This document shows positions 35,755-44,407 of a DNA stretch of 44,407 bases, one piece after another. Every line of letters begins with the position of its first letter. Position 1 is the first letter of the stretch. The stretch lies in sequence record DRR378314_201; one strand, 5' to 3'. Under the pieces are notes generated by a model. The model was given only the letters and a program-made list of their open reading frames with translations. It did no database searches and was not told where the DNA came from. Made by a program: the position numbers and the translations under genes.

Positions 35755-38700
35755 ATGAAAAAAATAGCAACAATATTTACCTTAATCTTATTCTCTCAAA
35801 TGGCACAATCCCAATCTCCCAACGATTCCTATTCTTCCTTATGGCAAAGGGTACAAAAATTGGAGAACGAGGCCATGACCAAATCCGCATTGGACATAGT
35901 AGCTTTAATTTCAAAAAAGGCCAAAAAAGAGCAGAATTCCGTTCAAATCATAAGATCACTTATCTACACCTCCAAATATGCACTAACCTTGGAGGAGGAT
36001 GCCCAATTAAAAATTGTACGCGATTTTAAAGAAGAAATAGACCAAAGCCCATTCCCGACCAAAAATATCTTGGAAGGCTATTTGGCAAATATGTATTGGC
36101 AATACTTTCAACAAAACAGATATCGATTCTACGACAGGACAACAACAGAGGAAAAAGTAGACAGCATTGATTTTAGAACCTGGGACCTTAGCACTATTTT
36201 TCAAGAAATAAGTGTACATTTTGATGCCTCATTGCATAAGCCTTTAGAGTTACAGCAACTAAAAGTGGATGCTTTTAAAGAAATCCTCAATGAACAAAAA
36301 GGCTCCGAGACTTATCGGCCCACCCTATTTGATCTATTGGCCCATTCGGCATTGGATTTTTATAAAACCAGTGAAAATAGCATTGCACGTCCAGCAGATA
36401 AATTTGAGTTGGACAACCCAGAAATATTATGCGAGGGAAAACAATTCGTAGAACAACAAATTAACACTAAGGACCAAACTTCCTTACAGCACAAGGCCAT
36501 AACACTTTATCAGCAACTCTTGGATTTTCATGACACTGCAGGTGAAGCATATATAGATGTTGATATTGAACGTCTTAGGTTTATTAAGGAAAATGCGGTA
36601 TTTCCCAACAAGGACCAACAATACCTGGAGGTTTTGCTAAATACCGCCGAATCTATAAAGGGCCATAAAAATTCGGCTTTATACCAGTATGAAATTGCCA
36701 TATTGTACCGCGAATGGGGCAACAGTTATCAACCTAACATAAAGGATGAGTACAGATGGAAGCAGAAAGAGGCTATGGCCATATGTGATACTGTATTGGA
36801 TCAGTTTCCAAAAAGTAGGGGCGCTGAAAAATGTAAGGCACTAAAATCGGAGATTTTATCCAAAGACCTTCGATTGACCGCGGAAAGACATATACCGGTT
36901 AACCTACCTTCACGTTTACTATTGGAATATAAAAATCTCCACACACTTCAATTGTCGGCCCGTAAGATTTCCCAAAAGGACATAAAGCAGCTAAACACCC
37001 TTTATCCCGAGGAAAAAATATTGGCCTTTATTAAAAAACTCCCGGAAGTCAAGAGTTGGGATGCCCAACTTATTAACGAAAATGACTATCAATCGCACAA
37101 AGTAGAAATCTTTTTGCCAGAATTAAGTAACGGGTCCTACATTATATTGGCCACCCCTTATGCAGATTCGGGCAACAGCTTTGCCTATAGCCCTATCCAA
37201 GTCACCAATTTGGCATTGGTGGAGGGAGATACCAGCACGGAACATAACTTTCAAGTAATTGATCGTAACAACGGAAAACCCATATCCGGAGCCACCCTAA
37301 AATTCTCCTATCAACAAAACTACGAAAGACCCATCCTGACCAAGACTTTGATTTCCGATGAGAAAGGGATGGTAACCCTACCCCTATCCGATGAGCGGTG
37401 GACCAACGTTGATATCCTGATCAGCACCAAAAATGAAGAGGCTTTCTTTGAAGATTTTTATGTTAATGCCAAATACGACCAAGGGGAGGAAGACGACCTC
37501 TATTCCTGTTTTTTGTTTACGGACCGTAGCATTTACAGGCCTGGTCAACCCCTATATTTTAAAGGGTTGGCTATGGTACAAAAAGACGATAGTTCCTCCG
37601 TGCTTACCAAAACCAAAATAACGGTTAGCCTTATGGATGTCAATCATCAAGAAGTTTCCCTACAGGAATTTAAAACCAATGATTATGGCTCCATTTCAGG
37701 CACATTCATTTTACCCAATAATGGGCTTACCGGAAATTATTATTTGAAATTGGATTCTGACGAAGTTGAAATTAGTGGCAACAGCTATTTTTCAGTGGAA
37801 GAATACAAGCGTCCCAAATTTGAAACCTCATTGGAATCCATTACAGAGACCTATAGGGTCAACGATACTATCTCCGTTAAGGGAAAGGCCAATGCCTACG
37901 CCGGAAGCCTTATTACAGATGCCAAGGTAAGCTATACGGTTAGGCGAGTGGTGTATTACCCTAAATGGTATTATTGGCACCTGCCCTATTTTGATGGGGT
38001 CCCCCAGGAAATTGCCCATGGCGAAACGATTACCGATGCCAACGGCAACTACGAGATTAACTTCAAGGCCATACCGGATCTAAGTATCGCCAAGGAAAAT
38101 ATGCCCACTTTTAACTATGAGGTTACGGCAGATGTCACGGACCTCAATGGCGAAACCCACAGTGCAACTACCATGGTCAATGTGGGCTATCATGCGCTTA
38201 CGGCCGATATCCAAATTGAAGATCCATTGGACAAGGACGGCAAAAATCCTAAAATAACATTTTCCACCTATAACCTTAATGGTGAGAACGTTGCGGCACA
38301 GGGAAGCCTAAAAATGTACAAATTAAAAGCACCGGGCAATGTCCTAAGACCAAGACCTTGGGCCGCCCCTGATTATGATGGCTTTGGAGAAGCTAAATTC
38401 AGGGAACTATTCCCCCATGATGCCTTTGGCAAAGAAGACAACCCAGCCTTTTGGGGTAAAGGGGAATTGGTATGGGAATCTAGCTTTGACACAGGGAAAT
38501 CCAGGGAAATTGACTTGGGCAACCTAAAAAAGTGGTTGTCCGGAAAATATATCATTGAATTGGAGACAAAGGATAAATTTGGTCAACTTGTAAAGGACAT
38601 TACACAAACTACTATTTACAGTGATAAGGATAAGATATTGGCAGACAATCAGCTTTTTCAAATAAAGACCGATAAAAACTCCTATTCCATTGGGGAAAAA

Positions 38701-41700
38701 GTGAAACTTACTTTGCGCAGCGCCGCGGAAGACCTTACCATTTCCTTATTTATTGAAAAGGATCGGAAAATTGTGGCAACACAGCTAATTGGATTGGACA
38801 ATAATTCGAAGACCATCGAAATTCCTGTTACTGTGGAAGACCAAGGAGGATTTGCCATAAATTATAGCTTCTCGGCATACAATTCCTTTCAATCTGGCAG
38901 CCTTTCCATTACTGTCCCCTATCCCAGTGCCGATCTAAAAATTGAAACAATTACTTTCCGGGATAAGCTTCAGCCCGGAAAAGAAGAAACATGGTCCTTT
39001 AATATTAAAGGTCCCGAAGGTGATAAGGTAACAGCTGAACTATTGGCCAGTATGTATGATGCTTCATTGGATGCCTTTAAAGGACATCATTGGAATTTTT
39101 CCCCGAATTACAGAGGACAATATTACTCCAACAGAAATTTGAATGCCTATAAAAGTTTCGGGACAACCTCTTTTAATACCTATCTAAATTTTGGAGACAG
39201 ATTTACTTTTACCCCTCAATATTATGACTCCTTTGATTGGTTCGGTCTACATTTTGGATATGGCTATGCCATGCGCGATAGAATGATGATTAAAGGTAGT
39301 GCACCAGGTATACAAAGGGAGGAATTAGCTGACAGCGAAGCCTTGGAAGAAACAGTTATTACCGGCAGTGCTGTACCGGCCCCAGAAAACAATGGGAACA
39401 ACAACGCAGTTGCCCCTAAAGGGAATGATGGTAAAAATGGCTTTGACGACATCCAAATCAGAAAAAACCTTCAGGAAACCGCCTTTTTCTTTCCCCAGCT
39501 CCTAACCGATAAAGACGGAAATATTTCCTTTAGCTTCACTACCCCAGAGGCTTTGACCAAATGGAAACTACAGCTACTGGCACATACCAAGACCATGAAA
39601 AGTGCCACTTCCACCTTGCAAACCGTTACACAAAAGGAATTGATGGTTACCCCAAATGCACCCCGTTTTTTGCGCGAGGGAGATAAAATAGTGATCAGCA
39701 CCAAAATCGCGAACCTAACCAACAAATTGCTAAGTGGTAATGCCAGGTTAGAATTAGTGGATGCCTTCAGCGGAAGGGATATAACCCAAGAGCTATTGAT
39801 CAGTGATCCAACTTCCGGAACTCTTATGTCCGAAAATAGTTTTACGGTAGATGCCATGGGAAACACCCAAGTGTCTTGGAACTTAAAAATTCCTGAAGGT
39901 ATTGGAGCTGTGCAGTACAAGATAATGGCCAAGGCCGGTGATTTTAGCGATGGGGAACAAAATGTACTTCCAGTACTTACAAACCGAATGTTGGTCACCG
40001 AAACACTGCCAATGTGGGTGCGGGGCAATGAGAGCAAGACCTTTACTTTGGACAAATTAAAGAACATCTCCTCCACTACCCTAAAGCATCATCAACTTAG
40101 TCTGGAGATAACTTCCAATCCGGCATGGTATGCCGTTCAGGCTCTACCATACTTAATGGAATATCCCTATGACTGTAACGAGCAAATATTCTCGAGATAC
40201 TACGCCAACACCTTGGGAGGGTTTATTGCCAATTCCAATCCTAGAATACGACAAGTATTTGACCAATGGGCCAATTCCGATGCGCTGTTGAGCAATCTTG
40301 AGAAAAATGAAGAATTAAAATCGATTTTAATTCAGGAATCTCCATGGCTGCGCGATGCCCAATCTGAAACCGAACAAAAGAAACGTATAGCACTGCTCTT
40401 CGATCTCAACAAATTGAAAAATGATCAAGACAACACCTTTAATAAACTGGTTCAGAACCAAATGTCGTCCGGGGCTTGGGCATGGTTCAAGGGAGGCCCT
40501 GAAAACCGATTTATTACCCAACATATTGTTACCGGACTAGGACATCTTAAGAAATTAACATCGTCCAGTGGAAGTGAGGAAAAATCGGGGATTGGAAAGA
40601 GCGTTAATGCCAAGGAACAGCAGGTAATAAAAAATGCGGTTGCCTATTTGGACGATGAGTTTGTGAAAGAATACGAGCAAATGAAAAAATACGCCACGGA
40701 CCTTAACGATGACCATTTGAGCCATACCCAAATACATTATTTGTACATGCGCAGTTATTATCCAGAAATAAAGGTTTCCAAAAAAGTAACCGAAATTATG
40801 GACTACTACACCCGGCAGGCACAAAAATATTGGGTAAAAAGGGATCTATATTCAAAAGGGCTACTTTCCCTAATTCTCTTTAGAGACGGAAGTACAGCTA
40901 CCGCCAATAAAATAATTAAGTCCTTGGAGGAAAATAGTATTTTGAGTGATGAATTGGGAATGTACTGGAAAGAAAACAACAATTCCTGGTATTGGTACCA
41001 GGCACCAATTGAGACCCAATCCCTGTTAATAGAAGCCTTTTCCGAAATTAAGGATGACGATAAGTTAGTAGATAACCTAAAAATATGGTTGCTGAAAAAC
41101 AAACAGACCAATCAATGGAAAACCACCAAAGCTACCACAGATGCAGTATATGCGCTACTTTTAGAGGGAAGTGAATGGTTGTCCGTAACCGAAGCTGTAG
41201 ATGTATTGGTCGGAGGTGAAAAAATTGAACCCTCCAAACTCGAAAATGTTCAAGTGGAAGCAGGAACAGGATATTACAGAACCACTTGGAACAAAAACGA
41301 AATAAGTCCAAAAATGGCAGAGGTTCAGCTTAACAAAAAAGGGGATGGCATTGCTTGGGGCGCTTTGTACTGGCAATATTTTGAAGATTTGGACAAAATA
41401 ACCCCTGCCGATACACCTTTGAAATTAAAAAAGAAAGTCTTCTTAAAAAAGAACACGGATACCGGTGAAGTATTGTCCGAAATTAATGGCAAAACACCTT
41501 TGCATGTTGGGGATCTGGTTCGTATAAGAATTGAATTAAGGGCAGATAGGCAAATGGAATATGTGCATATGAAGGATATGAGGGCAGCGGGGATGGAACC
41601 CATCAATGTGCTGTCCAGCTATAAATGGCAAGATGGTCTAGGATATTATGAAAGCACAAAAGATGCCAGTACCAATTTCTTTTTCGACTACCTGCCCAAG

Positions 41701-41835
41701 GGGATATATGTCTTTGAATACGACCTAAGGGTCAACAATGCCGGGGATTTCAGCAACGGAATTTCCACCATCCAGAGTATGTACGCCCCGGAATTTAGTA
41801 GTCATAGCGAAGGAGTGAGAATCCTTATCGAATGA
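35755..41835 (+). CDS. bacterial alpha-2-macroglobulin family protein
   Basis: Signal peptide, FTDRSIYRPGQ (MG2), FSVEEYKRP, RKNLQETAFFFP, PRFLREGD, YPYDCNEQ thioester motif and MYAPEFSSHS. Confidence 0.95.
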   Translation: MKKIATIFTLILFSQMAQSQSPNDSYSSLWQRVQKLENEAMTKSALDIVALISKKAKKEQNSVQIIRSLIYTSKYALTLEEDAQLKIVRDFKEEIDQSPFPTKNILEGYLANMYWQYFQQNRYRFYDRTTTEEKVDSIDFRTWDLSTIFQEISVHFDASLHKPLELQQLKVDAFKEILNEQKGSETYRPTLFDLLAHSALDFYKTSENSIARPADKFELDNPEILCEGKQFVEQQINTKDQTSLQHKAITLYQQLLDFHDTAGEAYIDVDIERLRFIKENAVFPNKDQQYLEVLLNTAESIKGHKNSALYQYEIAILYREWGNSYQPNIKDEYRWKQKEAMAICDTVLDQFPKSRGAEKCKALKSEILSKDLRLTAERHIPVNLPSRLLLEYKNLHTLQLSARKISQKDIKQLNTLYPEEKILAFIKKLPEVKSWDAQLINENDYQSHKVEIFLPELSNGSYIILATPYADSGNSFAYSPIQVTNLALVEGDTSTEHNFQVIDRNNGKPISGATLKFSYQQNYERPILTKTLISDEKGMVTLPLSDERWTNVDILISTKNEEAFFEDFYVNAKYDQGEEDDLYSCFLFTDRSIYRPGQPLYFKGLAMVQKDDSSSVLTKTKITVSLMDVNHQEVSLQEFKTNDYGSISGTFILPNNGLTGNYYLKLDSDEVEISGNSYFSVEEYKRPKFETSLESITETYRVNDTISVKGKANAYAGSLITDAKVSYTVRRVVYYPKWYYWHLPYFDGVPQEIAHGETITDANGNYEINFKAIPDLSIAKENMPTFNYEVTADVTDLNGETHSATTMVNVGYHALTADIQIEDPLDKDGKNPKITFSTYNLNGENVAAQGSLKMYKLKAPGNVLRPRPWAAPDYDGFGEAKFRELFPHDAFGKEDNPAFWGKGELVWESSFDTGKSREIDLGNLKKWLSGKYIIELETKDKFGQLVKDITQTTIYSDKDKILADNQLFQIKTDKNSYSIGEKVKLTLRSAAEDLTISLFIEKDRKIVATQLIGLDNNSKTIEIPVTVEDQGGFAINYSFSAYNSFQSGSLSITVPYPSADLKIETITFRDKLQPGKEETWSFNIKGPEGDKVTAELLASMYDASLDAFKGHHWNFSPNYRGQYYSNRNLNAYKSFGTTSFNTYLNFGDRFTFTPQYYDSFDWFGLHFGYGYAMRDRMMIKGSAPGIQREELADSEALEETVITGSAVPAPENNGNNNAVAPKGNDGKNGFDDIQIRKNLQETAFFFPQLLTDKDGNISFSFTTPEALTKWKLQLLAHTKTMKSATSTLQTVTQKELMVTPNAPRFLREGDKIVISTKIANLTNKLLSGNARLELVDAFSGRDITQELLISDPTSGTLMSENSFTVDAMGNTQVSWNLKIPEGIGAVQYKIMAKAGDFSDGEQNVLPVLTNRMLVTETLPMWVRGNESKTFTLDKLKNISSTTLKHHQLSLEITSNPAWYAVQALPYLMEYPYDCNEQIFSRYYANTLGGFIANSNPRIRQVFDQWANSDALLSNLEKNEELKSILIQESPWLRDAQSETEQKKRIALLFDLNKLKNDQDNTFNKLVQNQMSSGAWAWFKGGPENRFITQHIVTGLGHLKKLTSSSGSEEKSGIGKSVNAKEQQVIKNAVAYLDDEFVKEYEQMKKYATDLNDDHLSHTQIHYLYMRSYYPEIKVSKKVTEIMDYYTRQAQKYWVKRDLYSKGLLSLILFRDGSTATANKIIKSLEENSILSDELGMYWKENNNSWYWYQAPIETQSLLIEAFSEIKDDDKLVDNLKIWLLKNKQTNQWKTTKATTDAVYALLLEGSEWLSVTEAVDVLVGGEKIEPSKLENVQVEAGTGYYRTTWNKNEISPKMAEVQLNKKGDGIAWGALYWQYFEDLDKITPADTPLKLKKKVFLKKNTDTGEVLSEINGKTPLHVGDLVRIRIELRADRQMEYVHMKDMRAAGMEPINVLSSYKWQDGLGYYESTKDASTNFFFDYLPKGIYVFEYDLRVNNAGDFSNGISTIQSMYAPEFSSHSEGVRILIE

Positions 41836-41913
41836 CAAAAAAATAAAATATTGTTAAAAAGGTATTGCTTTTTTTTATAAATTCATAAATAACTAACGTA
41901 AATTCAAAGAATT

Positions 41914-42288
41914 ATGAACTCTACCTTTTTTATCGCGTTACGCTTTGTTTTTGGAATTTTTCTGATCGTCTTCGGGACGAATAAATTCTTACATTTTATG
42001 CCGGCAGGGCAAATGTCCGAAGCGGCCATGAACTATTTTTCAGCCTTAATGAGCACCAACACCCTTTATGTGGTAGCCATAGTGGAAATTCTTTCGGGAC
42101 TTTCCTTGTTGACGAACAAATTTGGAGCCTTAATGATGATCATACTGATGACCGTCTCTATTAATGCATTATTGTTCAATGCATTTTTGGAACCAGGTTC
42201 CATTGGCCTAACCTTGGTATTGCTTATTCTTAATATAGTAATGCTGTACGCCTACAAAGAAAGATATAAGGATATCCTGAGACCATAA
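41914..42288 (+). CDS. DoxX family membrane protein
   Basis: LRFVFGIFLIVFGTNKF, VEILSG and four hydrophobic segments. Confidence 0.8.
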   Translation: MNSTFFIALRFVFGIFLIVFGTNKFLHFMPAGQMSEAAMNYFSALMSTNTLYVVAIVEILSGLSLLTNKFGALMMIILMTVSINALLFNAFLEPGSIGLTLVLLILNIVMLYAYKERYKDILRP

Positions 42289-42312
42289 CCTCTATTGATT
42301 ACATCTAAGAAT

Positions 42313-42349
42313 ATAAGAAGCGGGACCCATAGTGGATCCCGCTTCTTAT
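42313..42349. terminator. probable bidirectional terminator
   Basis: ATAAGAAGCGGGA/TCCCGCTTCTTAT 13-bp stem between convergent genes. Confidence 0.75.
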
Positions 42350-42392
42350 TTATAATATTTTAGCCCTATAACAAATACACTTGCCATGGGTA

Positions 42393-42920
42393 TTACTTTC
42401 TACTTTTAGGCGGATATTTTTCAAGAGTTTTGGTTACCAAAGCCTGTAATTTACCCTCCCTTTCACTAGGAGAACTGTTTTCCCTTAGACTACTTACCGC
42501 TATTGCCTGCCAAAAAAGTTCATCCTTCTGACTATCAACAAAATCGAACTGAATCTCCCGTTCCACATTCGCTGCTCCCACAGGAATACCAATAGATACT
42601 CCACCACCAACGTTTCTCCCTGTACCGCCTATGCCAACCCCTACTGAATTGTTTCTAGGCGTCCTAAAAGAGCTGCTCAAAATATTTATTAAAAATTCTG
42701 GCTCTTCGGATAGCAAAAATCCTTTACCCCGCATAGTGGAATCAATGGCCCTTAATAATCGCCGGGTATCCAATTCGCTTAAACCGGTATCCATGTCCGA
42801 AAAGTAGTTATAGGTGGTATATTTAGTATAATCGGTGTCCCTATCATAGTCATAATTTACACGAATGGCACTACAGGAAGCTAAAAAGAGCAAGAGCAAG
42901 AATGGGATTATACTTTTCAT
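42393..42920 (-). CDS. DUF4136 family lipoprotein
   Basis: Lipobox LASC, VNYDYD..YTTY, Gly-rich GVGIGG..GGGVSIG and C-terminal YPP; start set at ATG 42920. Confidence 0.82.
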   Translation of the reverse strand: MKSIIPFLLLLFLASCSAIRVNYDYDRDTDYTKYTTYNYFSDMDTGLSELDTRRLLRAIDSTMRGKGFLLSEEPEFLINILSSSFRTPRNNSVGVGIGGTGRNVGGGVSIGIPVGAANVEREIQFDFVDSQKDELFWQAIAVSSLRENSSPSEREGKLQALVTKTLEKYPPKSRK

Positions 42921-43091
42921 TATTCCAATTTTTATAAGAGCCTGCTTAAGAAATTGTGATTGCAATTTCCTAAATAGACTCTAAAATAGTGAAAATTATT
43001 ATTGCCGTTTTTTATGAGAGTAAGTATTCGTTAAAACGCAGGACATTATAACCAATAAAAACGGGCATATATATTCAATAAACCAATGGGA

Positions 43092-44093
43092 CTATTTATT
43101 CAACATGGCCCACAATCTGTCCTTAAGCTCCACCAGCCCAATCTGGGCCACGGAGGATATGAACATATAAGGCACATCCTTGAAATCTTTGTCCAGCTCA
43201 ATTCTCATTTCCGCAATAAGCTCCTCGTCCAGCATATCGGTTTTGGAGATGGCTATCAATCGGTCCTTGTCCAATAATTCCGGGTTATATCTGCGCAGCT
43301 CGTCCAATAAAATTTCATACTCCTTGGATATATACTTGCTGTCTGCAGGAATCAGGAACAACAAAGTGGAATTGCGTTCTATATGCCTTAAAAAATAATG
43401 TCCAAGTCCCTTTCCTTCGGCTGCTCCTTCAATGATACCGGGAATATCCGCAATAACAAAACTTTTAAAATCCCTGTATTCCACTATCCCCAAATTGGGC
43501 TTTAGGGTCGTAAATTCGTAATCCGCAATTTTGGGTTGGGCAGAAGTAAGCACGGATAGAAGGGTAGATTTACCGGCATTTGGAAAACCTACCAGGCCTA
43601 CGTCGGCCAATACTTTCAACTCCAAAATAAGGTCCAATTCCTCGCCACTTTTTCCAGGTTGGGCGTATCTTGGCGTCTGATTGGTAGCCGTTCTAAAGTG
43701 CCAGTTACCGCGACCTCCCATACCACCTTCCAAAAGAATTTTTTCCTCCTGATCCTCGGTAATTTCCATTAAAACTTCTAGAGTTTCAGCGTCTTTGATT
43801 ACGGTTCCCAAGGGCACCTCCAAATATACATCCTGTCCGTCTGCACCACTACTTCGGTTCTTACTTCCATGTTCCCCATGACCAGCCCTAAAAGTCCTGG
43901 TAAACTTAAAACCCAACAGGGTCCACAAATTTTTGTTGCCACGGACAATAATGTGCCCCCCGCGACCACCATCACCTCCATCTGGTCCACCTTTTGTGAT
44001 AAACTTTTCCCTATGCAAATGCACGGAACCTTTTCCTCCGTTACCGGATTCAAGATGCACTTTTACATAATCCACAAAATTTCCTTCCGTCAT
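43092..44093 (-). CDS. obgE: GTPase ObgE/CgtA
   Basis: [37 protein letters not shown] and FLRHIER. Confidence 0.97.
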   Translation of the reverse strand: MTEGNFVDYVKVHLESGNGGKGSVHLHREKFITKGGPDGGDGGRGGHIIVRGNKNLWTLLGFKFTRTFRAGHGEHGSKNRSSGADGQDVYLEVPLGTVIKDAETLEVLMEITEDQEEKILLEGGMGGRGNWHFRTATNQTPRYAQPGKSGEELDLILELKVLADVGLVGFPNAGKSTLLSVLTSAQPKIADYEFTTLKPNLGIVEYRDFKSFVIADIPGIIEGAAEGKGLGHYFLRHIERNSTLLFLIPADSKYISKEYEILLDELRRYNPELLDKDRLIAISKTDMLDEELIAEMRIELDKDFKDVPYMFISSVAQIGLVELKDRLWAMLNK

Positions 44094-44256
44094 TTTTTTA
44101 GTTTATTGTTCCGAGTTCTATCAAAGTAGGACCACAAAATTTTATAGTTCAACTTTTAAACCAAGAAATTATGGGTGGCCAACATTAGGACCACCGAGGC
44201 ATATAAAAAGTTAATTCCTCTTAACTGGGAGCATCTATTTACAGTACACTCCTAGC

Positions 44257-44407
44257 TTAGACTGCCTGCAACTCCTCTATTACTTTTGCCAAGCGGCTTG
44301 TAATATCTTCTATAGAACCTATTCCGTTAACACTATGAAATTTCCCCTGATCATCATAGTAATCCTTTAAGGGAGCTGTTTTTTCATTGTATTCATCAAA
44401 ACGGTTA
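44257..44407 (-). CDS. adk: adenylate kinase, C-terminal fragment
   Basis: Manual translation NRFDEYNEKTAPLKDYYDDQGKFHSVNGIGSIEDITSRLAKVIEELQAV*, the typical Adk C-terminus; lies upstream of obgE. Confidence 0.85.
   Translation of the reverse strand, partial: NRFDEYNEKTAPLKDYYDDQGKFHSVNGIGSIEDITSRLAKVIEELQAV

Noticed and set aside
44094-44256. adk-obgE intergenic region as an ncRNA
   Set aside because: Only a short GGTGG/CCACC hairpin is present, with no recognisable motif.

Overview
Chromosomal, mostly core-genome window from a Bacteroidota bacterium; gene content, protein sequences and TAnnTTTG -7 promoter boxes suggest Flavobacteriaceae. From 1 to 11.3 kb there is a minus-strand sulfur/methionine cluster: metK, metY, a MetX-aspartokinase-homoserine dehydrogenase triple fusion, a metZ-like gene, an Rrf2 regulator and DUF2061-cysH-cysD-cysN. 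It carries a SAM-II-like and a SAM-I riboswitch and two candidate Rrf2 operators. The rest is housekeeping and envelope genes: GLPGLI/outer-membrane pair, deoxynucleoside kinase, hppA, ppa, pdhB, etfBA, nucleoside transporter, thyA, folA, murI, mpl, alpha-2-macroglobulin, obgE and the end of adk. The most unusual element is a small GIY-YIG nuclease gene (4167-4490) inside the met operon, flanked on both sides by arrays of inverted REP-like hairpin doublets. One repeat copy carries a nested 20-bp palindromic insertion and another has a microhomology deletion. Other notable points are a readable start-codon-sequestering switch upstream of metK, a perfect 26-bp palindrome between pdhB and etfB, and a frameshifted cupin. 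All calls come from reading the sequence and recognising motifs; no database searches were run.
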